A stretch of DNA of 64,000 nt. Source: Candidatus Parcubacteria bacterium (GTDB lineage Bacteria > Patescibacteriota > Minisyncoccia > UBA6257 > 2-01-FULL-56-20). Shown here piece by piece: positions 26,128-36,166 of the stretch (positions within the stretch are counted from its first letter, which is position 1; every line of letters begins with the position of its first letter). Location of the stretch: positions 85,658-149,657 of the forward strand of contig DAHVRZ010000002.1 in assembly GCA_027324805.1 (NCBI GenBank), written 5' to 3'. The notes beneath the pieces were generated by a model that was not told where the DNA came from, did not search any database, and saw only the letters and a list, made by a program, of their open reading frames with translations. Made by a program: the position numbers and the translations under genes.

Positions 26128-26853
26128 TTATTTGAGCCCGTAGACAACCACCTGACTCTTCGTCGGATCGATCGAACCGGTCTGCGGATACGAAACGGAG
26201 AAGTTCACGATCTGGTCCGGTGCTACATCATTGAGCTCCGTCTGCGACGCACCGGCCGGGCTGCCGTCGGTACCGACGAATATGACATCTACAAAGACGT
26301 AATGCGTCACGGAAAGATTGGCGTTCGTGATCTCACCTCCCACCGATACGGTCGATGACGTCCCTCCCACGGTAAGGTTTTCGGTCGTGAACGCCGGGAT
26401 CGTTCCCAGCGATGACGTCGCGGTCCAATAGGCATCCTTTACCGAGAGACTCACGCTCACGGGCGGTTGGGAAACCTCCACATTCGGCACTACGAGATAT
26501 TTCGTCTGGCCGGCATATATGAATGAATTCTCGGGTATGGACTGCAGGATCGTTCCCGACGAATCCTCAAGATCGATCGAATAATCGAAATACGAAACGG
26601 CATAATCCGAATCGGTATCCTGGACCTGCGCGAGGAACGTGTAGTGTCCCGGCGATGAAAGGAACGTCACCACGGGCGACACGGAGATCGGCGCGGTGCT
26701 CGTCGGCGCGCAGGTACTCGCGGTACACGGCGCAACGGCAGGCGCGGAAGGGACAAAAAGCCTCACCGCAAACCATACGATCGCAATGAATACGGCCCAA
26801 AGAACGAGATAGAACATACCGTAAACGATCTGCTTCGCACGCCTCGTGGACAT
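26128..26853 (-). CDS. Membrane-anchored hypothetical protein with Ig-like domains
   Basis: N-terminal TM, beta-rich ectodomain; leaderless-type start. Confidence 0.75.
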   Translation of the reverse strand: MSTRRAKQIVYGMFYLVLWAVFIAIVWFAVRLFVPSAPAVAPCTASTCAPTSTAPISVSPVVTFLSSPGHYTFLAQVQDTDSDYAVSYFDYSIDLEDSSGTILQSIPENSFIYAGQTKYLVVPNVEVSQPPVSVSLSVKDAYWTATSSLGTIPAFTTENLTVGGTSSTVSVGGEITNANLSVTHYVFVDVIFVGTDGSPAGASQTELNDVAPDQIVNFSVSYPQTGSIDPTKSQVVVYGLK

Positions 26854-26933
26854 ATGTCCATTATACGGCAAGATGAATGATGATAAAATGGATGGGAAGG
26901 CGGTCCCCCAATTCCATCAAACCTTTTATTCCA

Positions 26934-27470
26934 ATGCTTGCATTGACCATCGCCGCGTATGCCATCGGGATCGTCCTCTTGGGATGCGGAGGCGCGATTT
27001 TGATATCGATGCAGATCGCGCGGAAGAGCGCGGCGCCGTACTTCCCAAGCTCCGCGGAAACGGTGCGCCTCGCGCTTCGCACCGCAGAACTCAAACCCAA
27101 GGAAACATTCTACGACCTCGGTGCCGGCACCGGACAGGCGCTCGTGATCGCCGACAAACAATTCGGCGCGCATGCGATCGGCTCCGAGATAAGCCTGCTC
27201 CCCTACCTTATCGCAAAGCTCAGGATATTCTTTATGCGTTCGAAGGCGCACGTAACATTTGAAAATCTCTTCACGCAGGACGTGCGTGACGCCGATGTCG
27301 TTTTCTGCTTTCTCGCCGAACGCGTCCTCGGCCGCGTAGCGGACAAACTTAAACGCGAACTGAAACCCGGCGCGCGCGTAGTGAGCTATGCGTTCACCCT
27401 TCCCGGCATGACGCCGGACGCGGCCATTCCCGTGCATGGCGCGTGGAACCTTTACCTTTACCGCATCTAG
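26934..27470 (+). CDS. Membrane-anchored class I SAM-dependent methyltransferase
   Basis: APYFPS, YDLGAGTG, ELKPGARVVSYAF. Confidence 0.88.
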   Translation: MLALTIAAYAIGIVLLGCGGAILISMQIARKSAAPYFPSSAETVRLALRTAELKPKETFYDLGAGTGQALVIADKQFGAHAIGSEISLLPYLIAKLRIFFMRSKAHVTFENLFTQDVRDADVVFCFLAERVLGRVADKLKRELKPGARVVSYAFTLPGMTPDAAIPVHGAWNLYLYRI

Positions 27471-29398
27471 GATTCTTCGCCGCGGATCGCCTCCTTCACA
27501 AGCCCTTCAACCAGCGTGTCGATTTCGATCGAGGCCACGGCGACCACCTTATCGGCGCCGCCGTAATAAACAAACAATCTGCCGCGGACCACGGCCGCGC
27601 CGCACGGGAAGACCACGTTCGAAACAATGCCGTTCTTTTCATATGGCATCTTTGGTTCGAGAAGCGGATCGTGCGTCCGGTAAAGAATCTTCCTCGGGTC
27701 GCGCTTATCGAGGAGAGCCGCACGAACATTGTAATGACCTGTGCGCTTTGAGATGCCATGATAGAGCAGAAGCCAGCCGTAGCGCGTCTCGATGGGAGGG
27801 GCTGTAATGCCGATGCGCCGCGAGTCCCATGCCGTTTCGCGCGGGCGCATGAGGATTTCGCCGTAAAGTTCCTTGCCGTCCGCGAACGAAAGATCGTCAA
27901 CTTTATCTATCCATATCTCCGAACCAAGCCGATGCAGGAACACGTATTTTCCTCCTATCTTTTTTGAAAAAAGCGCCGTATCTTTATCATCCTTGCCTGC
28001 CGGTGAGATCAGCTTCGGCGCCGCCCATTTCTCCCAGCGATGCGCAAGGAAATCCTTCATGCCGATCGAGGTGAATGCGACGCGCGGCGGATCCTTTCCA
28101 TCATACGCCGCATAGCACATAAAGAGCGTGTCGCCTATTTTTGTTATACGCGGGTCTTCGCAGCCGGAATTCCCTCCCGGCACCTTCTTGGCCTCAAAAT
28201 CCGCGCGCGGTACGTATGCAGGCCTAGGCAGGCGCTCGTCGATCGTCACGCCGTCGCGCGACGATGCATAACCGATCACCGACGTATTATCCTCTCCCAT
28301 CGCACGATACAGGATGTGAACCTTCCCGCCCTCGTAGATCGCCGCAGGATTGAATGTCGCCTTCGCCTCCCATGCGTGCGACGCGATGGGCTCGATGATG
28401 GGATTCCCCTCCGCACGTTTCAATTCCCGGTCCACGGTGAACTTCAGCTGGGCTATAAGGGACTTCTTGTTGAACGTCGCCATGCAGGATGTCGTATCCG
28501 CGGCGCCATAATAAAGATGGATGTTCGGGCCTTTTGCGAGAGCCCCCGAAGGGAAGACGATGCGCGGCACGCGGCCATAGCATTCGTACTCCTCCTGCGG
28601 CACAAGGAGCGGCCGCTTCACCTCGCCCACGATCTTCCGCGGATCCTTGAGATCAAGGAGCGCCGCCTGGATACCGAATGTCGGCGGCGGGGAGAAATAA
28701 TTGAATATATAAGAATAGAAAAAGAGCCATCCGTCCTTTGTTTTTATGGGGGCCGAACCCACTTCGATATGGTCCTTATTATCGTTCCGCTCGATGCCGA
28801 TCGCGTGGTCGTCGAGATGCGCATACCAATCGTCCCAATATTCCCTCGACCATATATCCTCTATTTCATCGAAGAGCGCAATGCAGACCCGCGACGGCGG
28901 ATGATCGGTATTCACCGTCAGGATGGCCGCGATCTTTCCACCGATACGCTCAGGAAAGAGCGCCATCGCCTTCGCATTAAACGGCGTCACAAGATGCTTT
29001 TCATCCACCGATCCAAAATCTTCCGTAATGGCGACGGCGACCTTGATCCCGTCCGCAGAGAACTCGGAAACAGCCGTATAAAATATATAAAATTTCCCCT
29101 CGAATTCCGTGACGCGCGGATCCTCGCAACCGAACCGTTCCCAGGGCGCGTCGGGCGCCACCAGTTCTTCGCGCGGCCCGCGGAAATCCGCGCCGTTCGG
29201 TCCTGCCGTATGGCCTATCGTCGACACCTCGACCTCCCGTCCGTCCACGATCCTTTTCGCGCCGGCGGCGCGGAACAGCAGATGGGTCTTGCCGCCGTAT
29301 TCGACCGCACATGGATTGAAGGTCGCCTCCGATTGCCACGGCGACGACGGGTCGGGCATCACTATCGGATTTTCCGGAGATCGTTTAGCGCCGGACAT
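27467..29398 (-). CDS. Tandem two-domain GH130-family glycosidase/phosphorylase
   Basis: Two copies of ATFNP..GCEDPR..VFP..YYGAAD/YYGGAD. Confidence 0.9.
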   Translation of the reverse strand: MSGAKRSPENPIVMPDPSSPWQSEATFNPCAVEYGGKTHLLFRAAGAKRIVDGREVEVSTIGHTAGPNGADFRGPREELVAPDAPWERFGCEDPRVTEFEGKFYIFYTAVSEFSADGIKVAVAITEDFGSVDEKHLVTPFNAKAMALFPERIGGKIAAILTVNTDHPPSRVCIALFDEIEDIWSREYWDDWYAHLDDHAIGIERNDNKDHIEVGSAPIKTKDGWLFFYSYIFNYFSPPPTFGIQAALLDLKDPRKIVGEVKRPLLVPQEEYECYGRVPRIVFPSGALAKGPNIHLYYGAADTTSCMATFNKKSLIAQLKFTVDRELKRAEGNPIIEPIASHAWEAKATFNPAAIYEGGKVHILYRAMGEDNTSVIGYASSRDGVTIDERLPRPAYVPRADFEAKKVPGGNSGCEDPRITKIGDTLFMCYAAYDGKDPPRVAFTSIGMKDFLAHRWEKWAAPKLISPAGKDDKDTALFSKKIGGKYVFLHRLGSEIWIDKVDDLSFADGKELYGEILMRPRETAWDSRRIGITAPPIETRYGWLLLYHGISKRTGHYNVRAALLDKRDPRKILYRTHDPLLEPKMPYEKNGIVSNVVFPCGAAVVRGRLFVYYGGADKVVAVASIEIDTLVEGLVKEAIRGEES

Positions 29399-30620
29399 TG
29401 CGTGAAGTTCGGGTCATGGTTGGTTCTGTCGCGAGCTGCGGGGCACCGTGTGCCTTGAGCTCACGGAGGAATATTTGGAGATCGGCCATTGCGACGCAGG
29501 TCACCGCATCGGCGCCTCCATAATAGACAAAGAGTTCGCCGTCCTTGATCACCGCGCCGCAGGAATATACGACGCCGGACTTATAGCCGTTGTTCTCATA
29601 CCCAAAATCCGGTTCGAGGATCGGCGATCGCGTACGGTATCGTATCTTCGTCGGATCGTCGAGGTCGAGGAGCATCGCGCCAAGCTTGTAACGGTTCGGA
29701 TCCTTGAGATCCATCGCATGATACAGGAGAAGCCATCCGTCGTCCGTCCTGAGCGGCGGCGGCCCCACGCCGCGGATCCAACCATCCCATACCCCCTCCC
29801 TCATTTTCACCTTGTCATTGGAAGGCCGGCTGCTCTTTATATATTCTTCGGGAGCAAAATCCAGCGAGTCACGGTATTCGACGAGGATCTCCGGCGTGAC
29901 GCCGTGCAGTATCGCGAACTTGCCGTGGATCTTTTCCGGAAAGATCACCCAGTTCTTGTGGATCTCCCCCGGCGGCGATATGAGCGCCGGCTTCCGCCAT
30001 TTCCATCGCTTGTTCAAGAAGTCCTCGAGTCCGATCGAAGAAAGCGCTATGCGGACGGATCCCCAGCCGTCGAACGCCGTATACGTGAGATAGACGCGTC
30101 CCTCGAGGAGCGTGAGACGCGGATCCTCGGCACCGCCATTCCATCCGCCGCCGGAAAGATATGCCGGCGCCGGGACGGCACGGTCCTTTTCGGGCACCAT
30201 CTCCTTCGTGGTATGCGGCATATACGCCGGCTCACTTGCGCGCTCGTCGAGCGTCATGCCGTCGCCGCTTGCAGCATAGCCGAGAACGGAAACATCATCA
30301 CCGCCGATCGCACGGTAGAGAAGGTGTATGCGATGGTCGGCATAGACGGCGCCGGGATTGAATGTCGCTTTCATCTCCCACCAATTACCGCTCCGCGGTT
30401 CTATAATAGGATTGCTTTCATGCCGCTCGAGCCGGTGCGGCAGCGGTCTGTCGGGATGCGCGGTCGCGGCACGGCGTTCGACTGCTTTTAAAAGCGCACG
30501 CCGCCGGCGCATAAGCGTCGACGGCGTTGCATTTTTTTTCTTTCCGGCTACCGAAGCTGGCCTCTTTCCTGCAGGGGTCTTCCGTGCGTTCTTTCTCTGG
30601 GGAGATTTCGTGGACGGCAT
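29385..30620 (-). CDS. GH130-family glycosidase with basic N-terminal extension
   Basis: ATFNPGA, GAEDPR, HKNW, YYGGAD. Confidence 0.9.
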   Translation of the reverse strand: MPSTKSPQRKNARKTPAGKRPASVAGKKKNATPSTLMRRRRALLKAVERRAATAHPDRPLPHRLERHESNPIIEPRSGNWWEMKATFNPGAVYADHRIHLLYRAIGGDDVSVLGYAASGDGMTLDERASEPAYMPHTTKEMVPEKDRAVPAPAYLSGGGWNGGAEDPRLTLLEGRVYLTYTAFDGWGSVRIALSSIGLEDFLNKRWKWRKPALISPPGEIHKNWVIFPEKIHGKFAILHGVTPEILVEYRDSLDFAPEEYIKSSRPSNDKVKMREGVWDGWIRGVGPPPLRTDDGWLLLYHAMDLKDPNRYKLGAMLLDLDDPTKIRYRTRSPILEPDFGYENNGYKSGVVYSCGAVIKDGELFVYYGGADAVTCVAMADLQIFLRELKAHGAPQLATEPTMTRTSRNVRR

Positions 30621-30734
30621 TTCAAAGAGAGTGGATACGACTAAACCGCCGACCAAATGGGCCTACGTTCGTATTATATACCCGAACGAAAGCTGAGCGA
30701 CCCTTTTCCTGTGGATAAAAAGCTGCGTCACCGC

Positions 30735-30760
30735 ACAAAGGCCCCTTGCGGGGCCTTTGT
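30735..30760. terminator. Terminator of the ECF/ABC operon
   Basis: ACAAAGGCCCC-TTGC-GGGGCCTTTGT. Confidence 0.75.
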
Positions 30761-30774
30761 TATACATGCGGATA

Positions 30775-31230
30775 TTACTGCCCCGAAGACGCGTTTGTGG
30801 GAGCCTGACCTCCTCCGGGAGAGCTCCTGAAGAAGCCTCCGTTGCCGATCTCGATCGACGATGCGGTCACACTTCCGTCGGAGTTTTGCGTACCCCTAAC
30901 CGTGATATTCGATCCCGTCGCAACCTTTGAGATGGAAACATTCGTAGGCTCGGTAATTGGCGTGGAGCTCGAATACAGCACCACTTCGGAATTGCCGTTC
31001 TGAAGCTGAAGCGTTATGTCGGAGCCGCTGATCGCGGACACCTGTCCCTGAAAAACGCTCCCCGAAGAACCGGCCCTGAAGCCTCCGCGCGTGGAGGAGG
31101 AGTATCCGCTGTTCGCAAACTGCCCATTCCCTCCCACAGCCATCCCCTTTCCCCAGAAAATACCCGCTACAAGCGCGGCCACCGCCACTACGGCCCAGAT
31201 ACCATGCGTTTTGTATTTCATTTTACTCAT
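30775..31230 (-). CDS. Membrane-anchored OB-fold (DUF5666-like) protein
   Basis: TM, GQVSAISG, VRGTQNSDGSVTASSIEI. Confidence 0.75.
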   Translation of the reverse strand: MSKMKYKTHGIWAVVAVAALVAGIFWGKGMAVGGNGQFANSGYSSSTRGGFRAGSSGSVFQGQVSAISGSDITLQLQNGNSEVVLYSSSTPITEPTNVSISKVATGSNITVRGTQNSDGSVTASSIEIGNGGFFRSSPGGGQAPTNASSGQ

Positions 31231-31245
31231 GATTCATACCGACCT

Positions 31246-32493
31246 TTATTCGTACCGTAATGCCTCGATCGGATTCAGGCTTGCCGCGCGCCGCGCGGGA
31301 TAGTAGCCGAACACGATACCGATTGCGGCCGAAACGAAAAATGATAGGAGGATATACGGGACCGAAACGGTGGTCGTGATGCCGGCGAAGAGCGATATCA
31401 GGAAAGCGCCGATCCATCCGCACACGATGCCGATCACCCCTCCCGTGAACGTGAGCATCACCGATTCCGCAAGGAACTGAAGCGTGATATCGCTTTTCTT
31501 CGCGCCGATCGCCTTTCGCAGACCGATCTCGCGCGTACGCTCGGTGACGGTCGTAAGCATCATGTTCATGATGCCGATGCCGCCGACAAGGAGCGAGATC
31601 GCGGCTATGGCCGCAAGGAGCGTGGTGAATGTCCCCGTCACGGATGACGCGGCCGATACGATGCTCGCCTGGTTAAGTACGGTGAAATCCGCCTGTGTCG
31701 GATCGCTGATACCGTGACGCTCGAGAAGGAGCGACGTGATGTCATTCTGTACCTGCGTCATCGACTGCTCCGTCGAAGCCTCAACGTCAACCTCCGTAAG
31801 ATATCCGGTATTTCCGAGAAGGTAATGCTGGGCCGCTCCGAGCGGCACATAGATCACATCGTCCTGGTTGTTGAACCCGCTCCCCCCTTTCGAGACCGTC
31901 ACGCCGATTACCGTGAACTGCGTTCCCTTTATCTGTATCGTCTGACCGATCGCCATGTCGGGCGTGGCGCTCGCGTTCGTGCTCGGCGCAAAAAGATCCT
32001 GAAGCACCGTTGGCCCGATCACGGCCACGCGGTTCGAATTCGTGACATCCGTATCACTGAAGAAGCTTCCCGTGTCCACGGACACATTCCTCACCTGTTC
32101 GTACGCCGGCGTCGTGCCGATCACATTCGTATTCGTGTTGTTCGCCTTATAGATGGTCTGATAGCGGCCGCTCACCTCGGGCGCCACTGCGGCGACGTTC
32201 TGCACGTCCGCCGCGATCGCGGCGGCATCATCGGGAGTGAGCGTCTCGCTGCTGCCTGCCGCCGAGCGGACCGTTGTCCCTATCGATTTCGTCGCACCCG
32301 GTATGACCATCACGAGGTTCGCGCCAAGCGATTCGATGTTCGCCTGCACCGCGGCCTGCGATCCTTGGCCGACGGCTACGAGTGCGATCACGCTTGCGAT
32401 GCCGATAACGATACCGAGCATCGTCAAGCCCGACCGTACTTTGTTCACGGTCACCGCGCTATAGGTCTCTTCAAAAAGGTCCCGTGTCGTCAT
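31246..32493 (-). CDS. MacB/FtsX-family ABC permease
   Basis: RSGLTMLGIVIG, GGIGIMNMML..ERTREIGLRKAIGA, LNPIEALRYE. Confidence 0.95.
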   Translation of the reverse strand: MTTRDLFEETYSAVTVNKVRSGLTMLGIVIGIASVIALVAVGQGSQAAVQANIESLGANLVMVIPGATKSIGTTVRSAAGSSETLTPDDAAAIAADVQNVAAVAPEVSGRYQTIYKANNTNTNVIGTTPAYEQVRNVSVDTGSFFSDTDVTNSNRVAVIGPTVLQDLFAPSTNASATPDMAIGQTIQIKGTQFTVIGVTVSKGGSGFNNQDDVIYVPLGAAQHYLLGNTGYLTEVDVEASTEQSMTQVQNDITSLLLERHGISDPTQADFTVLNQASIVSAASSVTGTFTTLLAAIAAISLLVGGIGIMNMMLTTVTERTREIGLRKAIGAKKSDITLQFLAESVMLTFTGGVIGIVCGWIGAFLISLFAGITTTVSVPYILLSFFVSAAIGIVFGYYPARRAASLNPIEALRYE

Positions 32494-33224
32494 ATAGGTA
32501 TCTCTTTTTCGTTGCGCGCGATCCTTTTGTGCTCATTCTTCTCGTCGCTCACAATGTTCCCATCCCGGATGTGGATGATGCGGTCGGCATGCTCGGCCAC
32601 GTACGGCTCGTGCGTGATGAGAATGATCGTCTTCCCCTGTCCCCTATTAAGCGATTGGAACGTATGGAGGACGATCTCGCCCGTCTTCGAATCAAGGTTG
32701 CCGGTCGGCTCATCGGCGAGAATGAGCGCCGGATTGTTCACGAGCGACCGCGCGATCGCCACACGCTGCATCATGCCTCCCGATAACTGGTTCGAATAGT
32801 ACGGCCAGAACGCTTCGGGGAACGCCGCGTCGGCGAGGGCCTTCTGGGCCACCGTGACGCGTATTTCCTTCGGTATGTTCGCGTAGACGAGAGGCAGTTC
32901 CACGTTGCGGAGCACGCTCGTCCGCGGCAGTAGGTTGAATGCCTGAAACACAAATCCTATCTTCTCGCGGCGGATGTCCGCAAGCTCTTCGTCGGAAAGT
33001 TTCGAAACGTCCTTTCCATCCAGAAAGTATTCGCCGCTCGTCGGTGTGTCGAGAGCGCCCAGAATATGCATGAGGGTGGATTTTCCCGATCCTGACGGAC
33101 CCATCACGGCAACGAACTCCCCCTCCTTTATGGAAAAGGTTATGCCCTTGAGAACAGTGACTGCCGTATCGCCGGTGCCATACACTTTTTTAATGTCCCT
33201 GCATGCGATGATATCTTCCTTCAT
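32490..33224 (-). CDS. ABC transporter ATP-binding protein (LolD/MacB type)
   Basis: GPSGSGKS, LSGG, ILADEPTGNLD. Confidence 0.96.
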   Translation of the reverse strand: MKEDIIACRDIKKVYGTGDTAVTVLKGITFSIKEGEFVAVMGPSGSGKSTLMHILGALDTPTSGEYFLDGKDVSKLSDEELADIRREKIGFVFQAFNLLPRTSVLRNVELPLVYANIPKEIRVTVAQKALADAAFPEAFWPYYSNQLSGGMMQRVAIARSLVNNPALILADEPTGNLDSKTGEIVLHTFQSLNRGQGKTIILITHEPYVAEHADRIIHIRDGNIVSDEKNEHKRIARNEKEIPI

Positions 33225-33247
33225 TTATGATGTTTGTGATTGGGCGA

Positions 33248-35059
33248 TCAGCCACCGCCGCCGGACGGGCCGCGGCCGCGGCCAAGCAATTGGAATGCGC
33301 TGCCACTTGAAGCGGACGCAGTGGTCTTCGAGGACGACCCCTTGATCGTCTGCGTAACGACCTGATCACCCACGCTCAGACCCGACGTGATCTCGGTCAT
33401 CGTGTCATTCGAGATGCCGACCGTGACGGATACCCGTTTTGTACCCTGCGGGAGCTCGGTTCCGGAGGCCGCCGCCGCAAGATCCGCCGCGGAAAGCTGC
33501 GTCGCCGGCTCGGTCACATAGCTCGTACCGCTCACCGTTGTCACGGCCGCGTTCGGTACCGTAATGACGTTCTGCGCCGTCTGGGTCACGATATTTGCCG
33601 TAACACTCATACCCGGTTTTACCTGCATACTGCTCGTTGTATCCGCGGACTGGGAAAATCCGACCTGTACGTTATAGCTCACCACCCCCTGGCTCACCGT
33701 ACCCACCGGATCGATCTCGACGACCGTTCCCGCAAGGGAAAGTCCGTTGATCGCGTCGAAGGTGAGCGTAGCCGGGTCGCCCACCTCGACCTTCGCCGCA
33801 TCGATCTCGTTCAATGTCACCTCGGCAACCTCGCCGTCGCCGACGATCGTTATCGCATTGGATCCCGGCGTCTCACCCACCGTCGCGCCGATGGCCGATA
33901 TCACGCCGGCGATCGGAGCGCGCACTGACGTATTCGCAAGATTCTGCTGGGCCGTCGTCAGATTGTTTTGCGCGCTTTGCACGCTGATCTGCGCCGAAAG
34001 GGTCTGAGTCTGCGTCGGACCCGCAACGAGTTCCGCAAGCGTCTCGCTCGCCTGCTCGAGTGACGCCTCATTATTCGCAAGGGTGTTTTTGTCGTTCGTG
34101 ATGCCCGTGATCGTGCTCTGCACGCCCGATACGGCGGTCGTCACGGTGTTCGTATATGTATCGAAATTGTTCTGGAGCGTATTCGTGATCGCGGGCAGGG
34201 GCTTGGTACTGCTCGATACCGGATAGCTGTTTACAATATACGTAAGAAAATCCTTGCTTGCCTTCACTGCCGCGCTCACCGTATTCGCGGTGTTGTAGGT
34301 TTCGGCGAAGAGCGCGTCGAGCGACTGCGTGCTTGATGCCTGCGTGGTCGCATGGTAATCCACAAGGTTCTTCTCATATGCGGCGGCGGCGGCCTGATAG
34401 GTTGCCTGCACCTGATTCTTATACGGAAGCACCGCAGCCTGCATGTAACTCGGCATGAGGCCCACGTATGCATCGGGATCGTTCTGGGTCGCGTTGAGAT
34501 CATTGCCCTGCACAAAGTTCTGGAGCCCGGTCATCACCGTCTGAAGATTCGCGAATGTACCGCCGAGATCCTGGAATCCACTCACATAATCCTGCGCGAC
34601 CGTCGTCGAAGCGGTGACGATGTTCGTCTGCCCCTGCCGCACCGCATTCTGATCGGACAGGAGCGTCGAGGTCGTCACTTGCTGCAGTTCATCGAGCGAA
34701 AGCTGTGCATTCTGCAGCGAAAGCTGGTCTGCGCGCACCGCCTGTTCCTCGTTCGTCGAATCGAGTTGCATCAGAAGCTGGCCCTGCGACACGTGCTGCC
34801 CCACTTTGACCGGGATTGATGTCACGGTCTCGGTGACTTTCGGCGTCACGTCGATCGTCGTCCCCGCCTGGACCTGACCCGTTCCCGATACGGACGAGAT
34901 GATCGAACCCTGCGATGCCGCTTCGACGATATATTTCGTGGGCGTTACCGTTGCATATGCGGCCTGATACCAATAGTACCCCGTCGCCGCAAGCGCGATT
35001 ACGACAACGGCCGAGATTATTCTATGCGCACGCATATACAGTTTTAATTTTGTGAACAT
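33248..35059 (-). CDS. Periplasmic adaptor (MacA/HlyD-family) with long coiled-coil
   Basis: N-terminal TM, VKVGQHVSQGQLL, VRAPIAGVI, KPGMSVTANI, VPNAAV. Confidence 0.9.
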   Translation of the reverse strand: MFTKLKLYMRAHRIISAVVVIALAATGYYWYQAAYATVTPTKYIVEAASQGSIISSVSGTGQVQAGTTIDVTPKVTETVTSIPVKVGQHVSQGQLLMQLDSTNEEQAVRADQLSLQNAQLSLDELQQVTTSTLLSDQNAVRQGQTNIVTASTTVAQDYVSGFQDLGGTFANLQTVMTGLQNFVQGNDLNATQNDPDAYVGLMPSYMQAAVLPYKNQVQATYQAAAAAYEKNLVDYHATTQASSTQSLDALFAETYNTANTVSAAVKASKDFLTYIVNSYPVSSSTKPLPAITNTLQNNFDTYTNTVTTAVSGVQSTITGITNDKNTLANNEASLEQASETLAELVAGPTQTQTLSAQISVQSAQNNLTTAQQNLANTSVRAPIAGVISAIGATVGETPGSNAITIVGDGEVAEVTLNEIDAAKVEVGDPATLTFDAINGLSLAGTVVEIDPVGTVSQGVVSYNVQVGFSQSADTTSSMQVKPGMSVTANIVTQTAQNVITVPNAAVTTVSGTSYVTEPATQLSAADLAAAASGTELPQGTKRVSVTVGISNDTMTEITSGLSVGDQVVTQTIKGSSSKTTASASSGSAFQLLGRGRGPSGGGG

Positions 35060-35084
35060 TATGGAAAGAAGTGAATATTGATTA

Positions 35085-35624
35085 TCACTGCCCGGTCACG
35101 ACGGACGTGGACACCGATGCCGGAACCCGATCCGGAACCTGCTGTGTCGGCTCGGTCAGCTGGGGAATCGACGAACTCCCCGTAAAAACCCTTATAAAGC
35201 GTGCAAGTACCTGTCCATGGCCATTCGGATCGCCTATGACGACGATCGTATTGCCCGGGATCACATCCGTAAGCGGGATGGTTTTATTCTCTTCGCGTAT
35301 CATTGTTCCCCCGTCCACCACCACCCATCCCTCGTCGCCGCTCGGCCCTTCCACCGAGATGACGGAGCTCGAGGGATCGACGCCAAGCACGGTTCCGGCC
35401 ATGCCGTATTGGTTGAGCGGCGGCGGGCCGCCGGGCATCACATCCGCCATCATTGATACGCCTCCCCGGAAGTTCGCAAGATAGTCCCTGCCGAAGTGAG
35501 ATGCAAAAATACCCTGCCGATATCCGACGGCCATGCCCGCCCCAAACACAACGAACACTGTCGCAGTGCCACCGACGATCCAAAGTATGGCGCGGGTCTT
35601 TTTCGAATTCAGGATGGTATTCAT
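35085..35624 (-). CDS. Membrane-anchored OB-fold-like hypothetical protein
   Basis: TM then GTVLGVD..IVVIGDPN..ARFIRVF. Confidence 0.75.
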   Translation of the reverse strand: MNTILNSKKTRAILWIVGGTATVFVVFGAGMAVGYRQGIFASHFGRDYLANFRGGVSMMADVMPGGPPPLNQYGMAGTVLGVDPSSSVISVEGPSGDEGWVVVDGGTMIREENKTIPLTDVIPGNTIVVIGDPNGHGQVLARFIRVFTGSSSIPQLTEPTQQVPDRVPASVSTSVVTGQ

Positions 35625-35643
35625 GGGTATCGGAACTATTATC

Positions 35644-36057
35644 TTAGCGGGAGGCGGAGAACCTACGCCGCTCGACCGCCGAAAACTCATCAAACATCGC
35701 TGCGACCGACCATATCGCGAACGCGACACCACCGAATATCGCCGCGGCCGAGAACAACGGGAATGTCTCTATCATCGAAAGGAGAAATTCCGGCAGATTT
35801 GCGGCTATAAGGGAAAAGTCGGAGAAAAGAAGAGAACCGAACTGGAGGAATCCGCTTTGAGCAAGGCCTGTACGGAAGTCACCGAACCCGGCCCAGATCA
35901 CGAGAAGCGATATGCCGAACACACAGACCGTCGCCACGATCTTGATAATAAGATTCCTCTGCTCCCGGCGCTCTATGCGGACGAGTATCGCCTGCGCCAA
36001 ACCCATCGGAGGTTCCGGAATTTCTCTATTGGAAAAAAATTGCTCGTAATTCTTCAT
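35644..36057 (-). CDS. Putative membrane anti-sigma factor
   Basis: EPPMGLAQAILVRI followed by TM helices; immediately after the ECF sigma gene. Confidence 0.65.
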   Translation of the reverse strand: MKNYEQFFSNREIPEPPMGLAQAILVRIERREQRNLIIKIVATVCVFGISLLVIWAGFGDFRTGLAQSGFLQFGSLLFSDFSLIAANLPEFLLSMIETFPLFSAAAIFGGVAFAIWSVAAMFDEFSAVERRRFSASR

Positions 36058-36166
36058 GGCGCCGGCGCCGTGCCGTTTCATCCTATATACGATATGTCCC
36101 TTTATTTGGGTGCGAAAACAAAAACGCCCGGGGAAACCGGGCGCATATAGAATAAGGTCGCACCGC

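Noticed and set aside
30710-30718. Perfect DnaA box TGTGGATAA as chromosomal oriC
   Set aside because: Single box, with no dnaA/dnaN or AT-rich unwinding region nearby
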